Shown one piece after another: positions 1 through 9,883 of a stretch of 64,000 bases of DNA. Each line of letters starts with the position of its first letter. Within the stretch, counting starts at the first letter, position 1. The DNA lies in the IMG/VR virus record IMGVR_UViG_3300033997_000136, positions 149,151-213,150 of that record; one strand, written 5' to 3'. The position numbers and the translations under genes are program-made. The notes beneath the pieces are model-generated. The model had not been told where the DNA came from. It did no database searches and saw nothing but the letters and a program-made list of their open reading frames with translations.

Positions 1-95
1 TTTGCATAGGTAGAAAGTTCACCTACACTGGAATTTAAACCTGGGGCATTTTGAATCACAAGACTCAACGATGCAAAACCTTTCAAACTGTACAT
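1..95 (-). CDS. 5' end of a probable virion structural protein, running off the window (MYSLKGFASLSLVIQNAPGLNSSVGELSTYA...)
   Basis: Not in the ORF track. Minus-strand ATG at 95 with GGGAG upstream, open to the window edge; the MYxLKGF...N..G...GELST start resembles a conserved phiKZ-like virion protein (recalled). Confidence 0.6.
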   Translation of the reverse strand, partial: MYSLKGFASLSLVIQNAPGLNSSVGELSTYA

Positions 96-179
96 ACGGT
101 CGCTCCCAGCAATGATATGAATCGTCGGATGGAAAATCTATCCAAAACCATACGATGGATTCCTTTAAGCTTATGAGGA

Positions 180-536
180 ATGGCTATGTCGCAAAAAACT
201 TTGTTTGACTTGCTAAAACCGTTCATCAAAGAGCTGTTCTTAAGTGAGGACACTGAGCAAGAAGTTCAGTCGAAACGGACCTTATTACTCAGCCTCACCA
301 TGACCATTATTAGCATTGTTATCTTTGCCGGTCTCCTTGGTCACGGAGTCGGTACGGCTGTCAAGTACAACCAACACGAAGAACAGCGGATGAATGGTCC
401 GACTGTGAGTCCCCCTATGGTTGTTCAACCACCTCAGAAAAAAGAAGGTGATGAAAAGAAACCACAACCCACTGACGATGAGATGGCTCGACGTCTTCGT
501 CGTTTGTATGAACTGGAAAAAGAAAATGACGGGTAA
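180..536 (+). CDS. single-pass membrane protein, candidate i-spanin (Rz-like)
   Basis: One hydrophobic segment (LLLSLTMTIISIVIFAGLLG), Pro-rich linker, charged helical C-terminus; overlaps a lipoprotein gene; GAGGA upstream. Confidence 0.5.
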   Translation: MAMSQKTLFDLLKPFIKELFLSEDTEQEVQSKRTLLLSLTMTIISIVIFAGLLGHGVGTAVKYNQHEEQRMNGPTVSPPMVVQPPQKKEGDEKKPQPTDDEMARRLRRLYELEKENDG

Positions 537-903
537 TTATTTATGCATGTTGTGTACTGTGGTATTAGCTGGATGTAGTTTCAGTTTAAACGTAACCAGT
601 ACGCAACCACCTGTTGCAATTACAACAACAACCACACATGAGACTGGTGTTGAACAAACACCAGTCTTGTCTTCCGATGAAAAACCTAAGCAAGGTGTAT
701 TATCAAAGAAAGGATGTGAAGCATTCGTACTCCCGGAATATACTCCACCAAAAATCCCTCGTTTTACAGATAAAGAATTAGAAGATTCTAAACTTGTCAA
801 CATACGTTTATTACAACATATTGAAGTAGCAATGCTTGCTCAGAAAGAATACTCACGATTACTTGTTGAATCACACCGACGGCATCTAAAAGGATGCCAA
901 TGA
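526..903 (+). CDS. lipoprotein, candidate o-spanin (Rz1-like)
   Basis: Start reassigned to ATG 526, giving signal peptide MTGNYLCMLCTVVLAG|C with LAGC lipobox, T/P-rich linker and two further Cys. Confidence 0.6.
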   Translation: MTGNYLCMLCTVVLAGCSFSLNVTSTQPPVAITTTTTHETGVEQTPVLSSDEKPKQGVLSKKGCEAFVLPEYTPPKIPRFTDKELEDSKLVNIRLLQHIEVAMLAQKEYSRLLVESHRRHLKGCQ

Positions 904-982
904 TTTTACACCTGGATGACTTACTGTATAGGTAGGTCATCTAAGGTCTTTATAACCTTTTTGCATACAGGATTTTTTTATT

Positions 983-2569
983 ATGTCTGAACCCATTGCT
1001 TCATTATTAGTTCTTTACACAGATGGTTCATGTCAACCAAGTTCTCGTGGTTACGCTGGAAGTGGTATTCATGGCTACATGTGTTTTGACCCGTTTAAAT
1101 ACCCCCCTAAACAAGGCGCTGGTGCAAAACAAATCCCCACTATGGATGGTTACATTCCTAATCAAGAAAAATTGATTGTGGACAATGCTATCACGTTAAA
1201 TGTGGAATCATTCATTGATATTCCATCAACGTGGGAACAATTCAAACGTACTGTTGAGATTGATTACTACATCGATTGGTGGCAAGCCATAGAAGGTGAG
1301 AGTACATCCAACGTAGGTGAATTAAAAGCTGCACTTAAAGCGCTAACGATTGTTATTGAGAAGAAGCCACTTCGCGCTCGTATTCTCATGGACAGTGATT
1401 ACACGTTAAAAGGTTTGAACGACTATGTTCAAACATGGAAGTCTCGTGGTTGGAAGAAAAGTGATGGTCAACCACCAGAGAACGTTGAATGGTGGATGTT
1501 GTTGGATGAAACCTTTGCAAAAGCAAAAGAAGTTTGTCCTGATACACAACTTATCAAAGTGACAGGTCATAGTGGTGAATTAGGTAACCACATGGCAGAC
1601 ATTGCTGCCAACCGTGCAAGTATTCGTTCTCGTCTAGGTCGCTATGAAGAGATGTACTTTGAAGTTCCAGGAAAAGGATATTGGAGTTATAAAAGTGAAC
1701 ACAATCGTTTGCTGAGTAAAGCTCATCTGTACTTTAACTGTGATACTACAAAAGACACTGTGTTTAATCAAATCGATACATCAGTGGGTGTTCGTTATGT
1801 TTACTTCACTGGTGACGAAGGTAGTGAAGATACGTTGTTTGGTAAGCGTATGAGTAACACCTCATTCAGTGTTCTTTTATTGGAACAACCTGAAGATATT
1901 GTGGCGACGGTGTACGATAAACAAAAGGCGGTTATCGAACAAGGCTCTGCTCCATTTGTATTCGTAAAACTATCTGCATTGGTGAATCCTCGTCATGCAC
2001 ATGAAATACGTGAACACAATGGTGATTACTTGTATGTGAGAATAGGGGATGAAGAGTTATGTCTGCACACACCAGATAAAACAAAAATCACCACGGTTCC
2101 ATTAAAACCGCACATCACCTATGCAGGTGCTTCTGAGTTATTGGATATACAATCTGTTTTGTTGGAATCATTACCTTTCTTTACTCAGGAGAAGTCAAAT
2201 ACGTATCTTCGTGAAAATAATCTTATAGCCACAGAAATTACGGATATGTTGTATGAGCCGTTGGAAAAGAAAGGCGAAGTGGTTGGGGTAAAACTCAAAA
2301 AAGAGTTTACGGTAAGTTCTAAACTTATCAATACACCCGTGTACTACACAACTGGACGTGAGGTAAAGTCAGTCAAACATAAATTCTTGTTTGATTTAGA
2401 TTTACCAAACCGTAACATGTTAGCTGCATTGGTTGCTTTAAATTGTCGTGTCCTTTTGGTGACATGGATGGAATCTGATTGTAGTTTCCGTTACGCAACT
2501 GTGTTGCAGCATAACAACGATTATGGAATATGGTGCTCTGCTTACTCAAACTTACGGTTTGTTAAGTAA
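983..2569 (+). CDS. rnhA: ribonuclease HI with long C-terminal extension (phiKZ gp155-like)
   Basis: RNase HI motifs LYTDGSC, ELKA, MDSDY, KVTGHSGELGNHMAD. Confidence 0.92.
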   Translation: MSEPIASLLVLYTDGSCQPSSRGYAGSGIHGYMCFDPFKYPPKQGAGAKQIPTMDGYIPNQEKLIVDNAITLNVESFIDIPSTWEQFKRTVEIDYYIDWWQAIEGESTSNVGELKAALKALTIVIEKKPLRARILMDSDYTLKGLNDYVQTWKSRGWKKSDGQPPENVEWWMLLDETFAKAKEVCPDTQLIKVTGHSGELGNHMADIAANRASIRSRLGRYEEMYFEVPGKGYWSYKSEHNRLLSKAHLYFNCDTTKDTVFNQIDTSVGVRYVYFTGDEGSEDTLFGKRMSNTSFSVLLLEQPEDIVATVYDKQKAVIEQGSAPFVFVKLSALVNPRHAHEIREHNGDYLYVRIGDEELCLHTPDKTKITTVPLKPHITYAGASELLDIQSVLLESLPFFTQEKSNTYLRENNLIATEITDMLYEPLEKKGEVVGVKLKKEFTVSSKLINTPVYYTTGREVKSVKHKFLFDLDLPNRNMLAALVALNCRVLLVTWMESDCSFRYATVLQHNNDYGIWCSAYSNLRFVK

Positions 2570-2609
2570 GTACAGCGGTGGTGTTGAACAATTAACAAAA
2601 GGTGTTCTT

Positions 2610-3095
2610 ATGAACATACTTCACGGCACACTGTTAATCTTCGTTATTGGTTTAGCAGTGCTTATGTTTTATCATCTTCTTCTGCGACCGCAGAATAACG
2701 AACAGATGACGAAACCTTCATGGTTAGTTCAGTTTGGAATTCTGTTGTTAGGATGTTTTGCTAATGAACGCATGAAGCGTATGATAGTCACAGCATCCTT
2801 CACGTCTAAAGTGTCGTCTAAATCACATGCATTGGATGACACGATTATTCAGAAGCTTGAAGAGGTGACACAGAAGTTGCACGTGCAAAGTCATGTTGAT
2901 GGTGCATTGTATTTTCCAGCAGTGTATTGTGACATGGTGTGGGGTGGTCTTAATCAGGACGATTTACAGCAGCAAAGTGTAGACGTCGATGTAGTTGTAC
3001 GACAAATCCCCAAAGCGTTACGCTACGGTACGCTTGAGCAGATGAAGATGGATATCATGGATATCTTAAGTATCACTCGCCCTGCATTAGCTTAA
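2610..3095 (+). CDS. hypothetical membrane protein
   Basis: ORF; start moved to ATG 2610 (AAGGTG upstream); N-terminal hydrophobic helix. Confidence 0.6.
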   Translation: MNILHGTLLIFVIGLAVLMFYHLLLRPQNNEQMTKPSWLVQFGILLLGCFANERMKRMIVTASFTSKVSSKSHALDDTIIQKLEEVTQKLHVQSHVDGALYFPAVYCDMVWGGLNQDDLQQQSVDVDVVVRQIPKALRYGTLEQMKMDIMDILSITRPALA

Positions 3096-3104
3096 TGATA
3101 GAAG

Positions 3105-3139
3105 AAGACAAGAAGGTGGCAGTGCCACCTTCTTGTCTT
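3105..3139. terminator. bidirectional intrinsic terminator
   Basis: 17-bp inverted repeat aagacaagaaggtggca-g-tgccaccttcttgtctt between convergent genes. Confidence 0.85.
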
Positions 3140-3147
3140 TATTTATG

Positions 3148-4092
3148 TCAGCTTTGGTATTGTTTAGCTACCGCTGAAGCATCATCAATCGATGCACCAA
3201 TGGCTTCTAAGTTAAATGAGAAGATTGAGTAAAATTCAATCAACTGGGCTAAGTTAAATAAGAAATCACCCATGGTCTTTGCAGTCACACCGGATGGTTT
3301 GTAAACATCAGGTTCTTCTTCAAGACGTTGCGCAAGTAAAGTTAGCAGTGGAATGATTGCATCTAACTTCTTCTGAACTACATCCCGTGGGATGGCATTC
3401 ATTTGAAGAATAAGTTCGTTGTACAGTTTGTACACTTCAACCCAATCAGAACTTCTGTCAATAATCTCACCGTAAGGTCTACGTTCAGCATTGTCACGAC
3501 TAAAATCGCTTGCAAAGGCAGTTTTGAGTTTACTCACATCAATCGTTTTAAAACCACCTAAACGTTTATCTTGGTGTAAACTACTTAACGACTCAGGTGC
3601 ATGAAGTAGTGTACTTAAGAAACGTTCTAGCGGTATCAGAATCTGTTCTAAAATAGGTTGCAGTGCTTGTTGAAACATCGCTTGATGGCGAAGATGTTCT
3701 ATTAACGTTGTTTTCAAACCACGAGGCACAATGACTAACTTGTCCATTGCAGCAACATGCTTTGCTTTACCTAAATAGCTTTCAAAACGACGCTGATGTA
3801 AAAACACATCCTTTGTTTCAAAGAATGAAGTAAAGAAAGATTTTGCTGAAAACAACGCTTTAGATAGCGTGTTGCTAATTCTTGCTTTTGCCATCTCAGC
3901 AAACGCCAGAGTTTGTTGCCATGCAGTTTCTGCTTGCATAGTCATCTGTGTTGGGTCTTCTTGACGCACTTTATTTGCATCATCAATTAATTCGCAGTCT
4001 AAATTAACATCATTTAGACACGAAACTAATTCCTGTAGTGGTTCAGTCAATGGACTGTTTAACTCATCTGGCATTAACGCTGGGTATGTCAT
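3148..4092 (-). CDS. probable virion head protein with acidic N-terminal propeptide
   Basis: 314-aa ORF, AAGGA RBS, position between RNase H and UvsX as in phiKZ-like phages; acidic ~50-aa leader ending TMQA. Confidence 0.55.
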   Translation of the reverse strand: MTYPALMPDELNSPLTEPLQELVSCLNDVNLDCELIDDANKVRQEDPTQMTMQAETAWQQTLAFAEMAKARISNTLSKALFSAKSFFTSFFETKDVFLHQRRFESYLGKAKHVAAMDKLVIVPRGLKTTLIEHLRHQAMFQQALQPILEQILIPLERFLSTLLHAPESLSSLHQDKRLGGFKTIDVSKLKTAFASDFSRDNAERRPYGEIIDRSSDWVEVYKLYNELILQMNAIPRDVVQKKLDAIIPLLTLLAQRLEEEPDVYKPSGVTAKTMGDFLFNLAQLIEFYSIFSFNLEAIGASIDDASAVAKQYQS

Positions 4093-4205
4093 AAATTATT
4101 CCTTAAAGAGAAGATGGCTGCATCGCTATAAAATTAGACAGTCTTACTCCATTATTTAGAACTCTACAGAATATTTTTTAGTTGTACAACACAAAAGGAT
4201 TCGCT

Positions 4206-5696
4206 ATGTCAATTTTTGCTTTTACACCAGCACCTTACATTCGTCCACGCGGTGTTATTGGTGGCGGGTTAGATATTCCATTTGGTCGCTATTACAAAGG
4301 TAAGTATGGTGACAACATTTTAAGTGGTGGTTATACTAACTTCTTAGGTGCAGGTGGTCGTGGTAATACGTTTAAAACGTTATTGCTGTTAACTATTGCC
4401 ATTATTGAAATGTCGCAAAACGAAGAATACACTCTGGTGATTTATGACACTGAAATCACTATGGACTGGAATCGTCTTCGTGATATCTGTACACAACTTG
4501 GTGTGGATTACGACAAGATGTTGGATGCAGGTCGTATCATTATTACAACGACTGCGGAACACATGGGGAACGAATGGTTTGAATTAGTGAAAGAGGAAGG
4601 TAACTCTCGCGCTAAGGATAAATCACTTCTTCGTGAAACTCCTTTCTTAAACCGCGATGGTAAACCAATCAAGGTTGTTGTTAAACGCACTCACTTCTTA
4701 GACTCTATGTCTGAGTTTACCACTGAACACATTCAGGATATCTACAAGAAGAATGAAATCGATGATGGTGGTGCAACTACAGATAACATGCGTGAAGGGG
4801 GTGTTAAAACACGGATGATTCGTTTGTTCCCAGCAATTACTGCAAAGAGCAATATGAGTATTCTGTGTACAGCTCACGTCGGTGATGAAATTAAAGTGGA
4901 TACGTATGCTGCATTTAAACAGCAACTTATGCATTTGAAGAAAGGCTTAAAGTTTAAGAACTGTCCTGAGAAGTTTACGTTCTTAACATCAATCATGTTA
5001 GTGATTGGTAAAGCTGACCTTCTTCAACACGATGATAAAACGCAGAAGTATCCAGCCAAAGGGTTTACGAAATCAGACGGTGATACGGACTTACAAGAAT
5101 TAGATGTTGTTGTTGTTCGTAGTAAGCATGGTCCATCAGGTCACAACTATTCATTGATTGTATCACAAGCAGAAGGTTTCTTACCTGAGCTTTCTAACTA
5201 CCACAACCTGATTCAGAACAAAGCCTTTGGTTTAGTAGGTCCTGAAGGTCAACGGCGTAGCTGGCGTTGTGCGCTCTATCCTGATGTACTGATTCACCGT
5301 ACTGAAGCACGTTGGAAAGTTAAAGAAGATAAGAAGTTAGCATGTGCATTAGAACTGACTTACAACTTATCTCAAATGTACGATTACTGGGTGAACTATC
5401 CGCGTGAAGAAATCGTTGAACCAACTGAACTGTACACTCGTTTAAAAGAAATGGGGTACGATTGGGAACTGTTATTACAAACACGTAACTGGTGGACGTA
5501 TGACGATTATAAACATCCTATTCCGCGATTGACTGCACTGGATTTAATCGACATGTACTTTGGGCGTTATGTTCCTTACTGGTGGCCTAAAGATAAACCA
5601 ATTGATTTGACAAAAGCGGTAAAAAGTCCGCTAACTGGTATTGAGGGTGTAGTGTATGGTGCTGCAGACGAAGACGAAAAAGACGGCCACGAATAA
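4206..5696 (+). CDS. uvsX: UvsX/RecA-family recombinase
   Basis: Walker A GRGNTFKT, YDTE, Walker B HFLDS; start ATG 4206 after AAGGA. Confidence 0.85.
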   Translation: MSIFAFTPAPYIRPRGVIGGGLDIPFGRYYKGKYGDNILSGGYTNFLGAGGRGNTFKTLLLLTIAIIEMSQNEEYTLVIYDTEITMDWNRLRDICTQLGVDYDKMLDAGRIIITTTAEHMGNEWFELVKEEGNSRAKDKSLLRETPFLNRDGKPIKVVVKRTHFLDSMSEFTTEHIQDIYKKNEIDDGGATTDNMREGGVKTRMIRLFPAITAKSNMSILCTAHVGDEIKVDTYAAFKQQLMHLKKGLKFKNCPEKFTFLTSIMLVIGKADLLQHDDKTQKYPAKGFTKSDGDTDLQELDVVVVRSKHGPSGHNYSLIVSQAEGFLPELSNYHNLIQNKAFGLVGPEGQRRSWRCALYPDVLIHRTEARWKVKEDKKLACALELTYNLSQMYDYWVNYPREEIVEPTELYTRLKEMGYDWELLLQTRNWWTYDDYKHPIPRLTALDLIDMYFGRYVPYWWPKDKPIDLTKAVKSPLTGIEGVVYGAADEDEKDGHE

Positions 5697-5988
5697 GGAC
5701 GTCTCCCTTGTGGAAGAGGTGATGGGTTTATTAAAACAATACGACCCATCGTTAGCGCAATCGTTTTACACCTTGTATCAAGGGTTTGACGATGTAGTAG
5801 ACGCCAATCGTTTTTGGCGTCGTCAACTTAGTTTATTAACTACGTTTGATGGTGTTGATACATCAAGTCAACGACGGATGCTGTATGATGGTATCAGTTT
5901 AGACATGTGGTTAGATAACTTTCAAAAATACACGCTGGCTTTTGTTGTTCAACACAAACTGCCTCGTTTTAGCTACGAATCACTATAG
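5656..5988 (+). CDS. hypothetical protein
   Basis: ORF in operon between uvsX and RNAP subunit. Confidence 0.65.
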   Translation: MVLQTKTKKTATNKDVSLVEEVMGLLKQYDPSLAQSFYTLYQGFDDVVDANRFWRRQLSLLTTFDGVDTSSQRRMLYDGISLDMWLDNFQKYTLAFVVQHKLPRFSYESL

Positions 5989-6007
5989 TAGATAAAGGAG
6001 AGTGTAG

Positions 6008-6688
6008 ATGAAGCCACGTGAGAAAGCAACGAAGGAGGCCGTGCGCCTCCTTTCCATGTTTGCAGGGTATACAGATGGAGTAAAAGAAGTAGAAGCAATG
6101 TTAAATGCATTGTCTGATAAAGACTTTGATTTATACATGCACCAACTTCGTGATGGGAGTGAGATACTACCCTATATCCATCCAAACCTATCAGAGGTGA
6201 AGTTAAGTACAACACGCAATCTAGAAATTGCAGATGAACTTGGTCACAACTTCTACGAACGTATTTGGATTGAAGACCCAGATACAGGTGATAAAAACTT
6301 AACGGATGTTGAAGCACTTATTGTTGATTTACCATTTAGACGCCAACAACAGCATTTAAGTAAGAAGATAGGTATTCCATCATCCAATAGAAGTATTGAT
6401 GAAACGACAGGTCAAGTGACTGGTGCGTCAAAGGGTTCTCGTTTATCTTACCCAGAGATGCAGATTGGTCTGTACTCACAAGGGTTAGAGTATTCTACTC
6501 TTGAGCTATTTACGATTCGTGGTGGGAATATGAAAGCAAATGCGGCACTTGAAGCAAATGCAACAAAGAACGTATTCCCTAGTATTCGCGAATCCTACGA
6601 CAACAACACTGAAGTTGTATCAAATAGAACGTTAAGTAGCTATCTGACAGCAGCGATGTTTGATCACAACCTTCTACAAAAAGGGTAA
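6008..6688 (+). CDS. virion RNA polymerase beta subunit, C-terminal piece (phiKZ gp149-like)
   Basis: RSIDETTGQVTGASKGSRLSYPEMQ and ELFTIRGG match the RpoB C-terminal TQQP..G....GGQRFGEME / E.LT.KSD region; AAGGAG RBS. Confidence 0.85.
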   Translation: MKPREKATKEAVRLLSMFAGYTDGVKEVEAMLNALSDKDFDLYMHQLRDGSEILPYIHPNLSEVKLSTTRNLEIADELGHNFYERIWIEDPDTGDKNLTDVEALIVDLPFRRQQQHLSKKIGIPSSNRSIDETTGQVTGASKGSRLSYPEMQIGLYSQGLEYSTLELFTIRGGNMKANAALEANATKNVFPSIRESYDNNTEVVSNRTLSSYLTAAMFDHNLLQKG

Positions 6689-6692
6689 CTTT

Positions 6693-7286
6693 ATGTCTGT
6701 ACAATTAACCACACTCACCTACCCACAACCTGTGGCAGTAGCGTTGGCTTTGTTAGAACAAGCCACTTTATCACATGTTCAATTTAATGGTGCAGACATT
6801 GTTTTTGGTGTAGATAAAGAAATACTAACATCATTGTCTGAAATTGTGACAGACAGTGGTTTAGTGTATATCACCACAATAGAAGAAGTAAAGGAGTTAT
6901 GGGAATCTATTGTTGAAGAAAACGTTATCGTAGATTGGTTAAACCACGCAGTTTCTCGTTGGTTCCTAATTTCGTTTGAGCGTCGCACTGCGGAGTATGA
7001 GTCGTGGTTAAGTACATTACTTCATGCGACGTGCATTCACACTGAATCATCAATGACCAAACCCACGTTCTGCGCGCGTTCTCCTGATGATTTAGGAAAT
7101 CTGTTTGTTAAGAGTGAGTTAAAAGAAATACTTGAAGCCAATCCGTGGTTCGTGTTTCTACTGACACTTAGCTTTGCTGAAACTGATATCATCAATATTA
7201 GTTTTAAATACGCAATGGCGCTTCAAACAGCACCTGCGATAAACCGTGCACCTGATGAAACAAAAGGTGATGGAGGTACATCGTGA
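6693..7286 (+). CDS. hypothetical protein
   Basis: ORF; ATG 6693 follows stop of upstream gene. Confidence 0.65.
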   Translation: MSVQLTTLTYPQPVAVALALLEQATLSHVQFNGADIVFGVDKEILTSLSEIVTDSGLVYITTIEEVKELWESIVEENVIVDWLNHAVSRWFLISFERRTAEYESWLSTLLHATCIHTESSMTKPTFCARSPDDLGNLFVKSELKEILEANPWFVFLLTLSFAETDIINISFKYAMALQTAPAINRAPDETKGDGGTS

Positions 7287-8017
7287 TTGTAAACGCAAAA
7301 GAGATACTGGTGGATTTAGATGCTATCTTAGATACTCGAATGGGTACGCTATTGTGTATGCACCCAGGTATCATCGGTCCAGCAATCGCGTGTAACTATC
7401 ATAGTCGCTTAACTGACGTGTGGAAAGAAATAGGATTGCCTGTTAATCAACACGAGTACAAACGTCGTTATGCTGAACGTGATGCAGACGTCTTAGAGAA
7501 ATCTATCGTCACACCTATCATTGATGCGATTAGTAAAATTGCAAATGCGATTATTATTCAACTTGGTAAAACTCCTTTTTACGAAGGGATTGAACTTAAG
7601 GTGAATGTGTGGCCTTATCAGATTCATGAAAGTGCACATGCTGGTCTTATTCGAAGTATTGCTCATCATGTTCCAATTGATTTAAAGGTATCGCTGGTAA
7701 ACATTCCGTTATCTGACCTTACACCACTGCTCATTAAGTCAAAATACATCGCTGTATGTATGTACGGGTTTGACGAATGGTTACAGTGTCATGGTAAGTC
7801 GTTAGAGACAGTTGAGTTACCAGATGTTGAATTCTTAGTTCCTGCGATTTATTACACAGGACGAGTGGCAACTGAGGCGGATTTAAAAGAGACAGCAACA
7901 AACTTTCGTTTAGAAAAAGCAACACACAACGTTCACTTTGGTGCAACTGAACTTCAGTTTGTTTCTAAGATTAAATTGATTATGGTTGATGTACTTAACT
8001 TTTCATTTGTGGTATAA
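7283..8017 (+). CDS. conserved phiKZ-like protein with HAD-like DxD start
   Basis: N-terminal ILVDLDAILDTR; GGAGG RBS; GTGA overlap with upstream stop. Confidence 0.55.
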   Translation: MIVNAKEILVDLDAILDTRMGTLLCMHPGIIGPAIACNYHSRLTDVWKEIGLPVNQHEYKRRYAERDADVLEKSIVTPIIDAISKIANAIIIQLGKTPFYEGIELKVNVWPYQIHESAHAGLIRSIAHHVPIDLKVSLVNIPLSDLTPLLIKSKYIAVCMYGFDEWLQCHGKSLETVELPDVEFLVPAIYYTGRVATEADLKETATNFRLEKATHNVHFGATELQFVSKIKLIMVDVLNFSFVV

Positions 8018-8018
8018 A

Positions 8019-8049
8019 GAAGAGAAGGTGGCATCGCCACCTTCTCTTC
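8019..8049. terminator. bidirectional intrinsic terminator
   Basis: gaagagaaggtggc-atc-gccaccttctcttc between convergent genes. Confidence 0.85.
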
Positions 8050-8566
8050 ATTCTTTGCCTTTTACACGCTTTACAAAGTCTGCAGATGATTCTTGAATCA
8101 CTTCAGATGACACTGTAGCTGGGTCTATCTCGATTAACTCAATTTCATCATCAGGGGCTACATGCCGATACTCACCTGGGATAATGTCTTTCACATAACC
8201 AGGACCACGAGGTTGTGCTTGGTTCAACTGTGCTACGATTTCTAACACTTGTTGATTGACAGCATTTGCACCTTCGTCTACCTTCAGACGTTTATTTGCT
8301 TGAGCTTGAGAAGACATATCGTTTAACGCTTGTAAGAACGCAAGGCGGTCTGTGTTTTTCTCAGGCATCTTCCCTTCGGCGGTCATCGACTTCACTAACA
8401 TTAACCGCTGTGTTTGTGCAAACGCAAGCACTGAATCATCTGTAATTTCATCTTCTTCAACGACAGGTAATTCTTTAGGAGGATTTGCACTGAAGCGGTC
8501 TTTTGGTAAATCATCGACGTGTTCGGGGAATTCTGCTGTGTGTACTTTTTTATTTGTATAGCTCAT
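8048..8566 (-). CDS. hypothetical acidic protein
   Basis: ORF; start moved to ATG 8566 (GAGGAG RBS). Confidence 0.65.
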   Translation of the reverse strand: MSYTNKKVHTAEFPEHVDDLPKDRFSANPPKELPVVEEDEITDDSVLAFAQTQRLMLVKSMTAEGKMPEKNTDRLAFLQALNDMSSQAQANKRLKVDEGANAVNQQVLEIVAQLNQAQPRGPGYVKDIIPGEYRHVAPDDEIELIEIDPATVSSEVIQESSADFVKRVKGKE

Positions 8567-8592
8567 TTTATGCTTCTCCTCAAAGAAATTTG

Positions 8593-8605
8593 AAACATAC
8601 ATTAT
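8593..8605 (+). promoter_or_regulatory. early (vRNAP) promoter-like box aaacaTACATTAT
   Basis: Recurrent intergenic motif, resembling phiKZ early TATATTAC; 40 bp upstream of ATG 8646. Confidence 0.55.
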
Positions 8606-8645
8606 AAAGTTGATTATCATAAATATAATTCAAAAGGAAGCCCAC

Positions 8646-9206
8646 ATGTTTTCTTTTCTCAAGCGCAAACAACGTGTGAAACGTTATAGCGACTTTGTTG
8701 AATCATTGCGATTGTTAAAAACAAATAAAGTTCGTGAGCTTTATTACTTCACTATTCTTGAGCAAACGGTTGCGTATTGCAACGATATTCCAACTATCGA
8801 TGCTCAAGAAATGCGAAGTATTCGACGGTATCGGATTAAGTCATGTTTTGAGAATTTAGATTCTCTTACACAGACGTGTGTACTTACAGATAGCTTAATC
8901 CAGACGCGCGCATTTGGACATGATGCATTTGGTCAGTTTAATCAAAAGCCAGATGTTTATCCATTGTTTGAATGGTCTTTACAATACGCTGACTTCGTTA
9001 ACTTAGATGTTGCGTATACTGTATTGACTGCACGTTTAAAGCGACTGCTTTCGCTACACACAGCGATGTCACATGATAGTAGTGATTTTCATGTGTCATT
9101 AGTTTGTTCGTTACCGTTGATGCGTGAGTTGTTGTCGATTATGCATCAAGTTTTATCCATTCACTTCGGAGTAGATTATGCTACCGGTTACGGAGAACTT
9201 GCTTGA
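8646..9206 (+). CDS. hypothetical protein
   Basis: ORF; ATG 8646 with AAGGAAG RBS. Confidence 0.65.
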   Translation: MFSFLKRKQRVKRYSDFVESLRLLKTNKVRELYYFTILEQTVAYCNDIPTIDAQEMRSIRRYRIKSCFENLDSLTQTCVLTDSLIQTRAFGHDAFGQFNQKPDVYPLFEWSLQYADFVNLDVAYTVLTARLKRLLSLHTAMSHDSSDFHVSLVCSLPLMRELLSIMHQVLSIHFGVDYATGYGELA

Positions 9207-9873
9207 ATTACTTGAACTGGATGACAAAGGCTTATCACTAACGGAAGATGGTTTATCGTATTTATTTCGAATGATGTTGCGTGACTTATGTGTAAGTGCC
9301 GATGTATGGTCTACACTAATGGAAGCGTATCTAGATGACCCGCGTGCAGGTGTGGGTGCTAGTAAAACAGACAGGTCAAGTAAACGAAACGGATTAAACC
9401 GTGCTTTAGGAAAAACAGTTATCTCATGGAAAAAGTTTAAAAACGGTATTCGGATTCTTGGAATGCGAAGCTGTGAGTTTGAACTTAGTATTTCTAAATG
9501 GGATGATAAAATAGATGTTCCAAAGCAACCTCCAAAAGTGACGATTGATAGTCGCATTAGTCAAGATGATTTAAAAGCACTCATACAACGTTTAGAGGGT
9601 ATGATGCGTATCACGCCTCAGACTCTATTACGTTTGATAGAAGAGTTTATAAACCACCCCATTAGTCGCACCACCGATAACCCTGCGGATAAATCTACAC
9701 GTCGTGGAAATATCAACAAAGGTTATAATGGTGAATCGTATAGTTGGCGAACATTCAATGAGTTACTTGCTATATTTTCTATACGAGAATATACATTGAC
9801 TGCGCTGGTTGTGTGGAAGAATGGTAAACAATCAAAACACAAAATGACTGTTGATGTCGCAAAAGCTTTCTAA
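9178..9873 (+). CDS. hypothetical protein with two tandem ~95-aa repeats, possibly DNA-binding
   Basis: Halves align: DRSSKRNGLNR...ISWKKFKNGIRIL vs DKSTRRGNINK...YSWRTFNELLAIF; GGAG RBS. Confidence 0.6.
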   Translation: MLPVTENLLELLELDDKGLSLTEDGLSYLFRMMLRDLCVSADVWSTLMEAYLDDPRAGVGASKTDRSSKRNGLNRALGKTVISWKKFKNGIRILGMRSCEFELSISKWDDKIDVPKQPPKVTIDSRISQDDLKALIQRLEGMMRITPQTLLRLIEEFINHPISRTTDNPADKSTRRGNINKGYNGESYSWRTFNELLAIFSIREYTLTALVVWKNGKQSKHKMTVDVAKAF

Positions 9874-9883
9874 CGAGGTTAGT

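Noticed and set aside
421-525. Upstream extension of the lipoprotein ORF
   Set aside because: Lies inside the 180..536 gene; the signal peptide only makes sense from ATG 526
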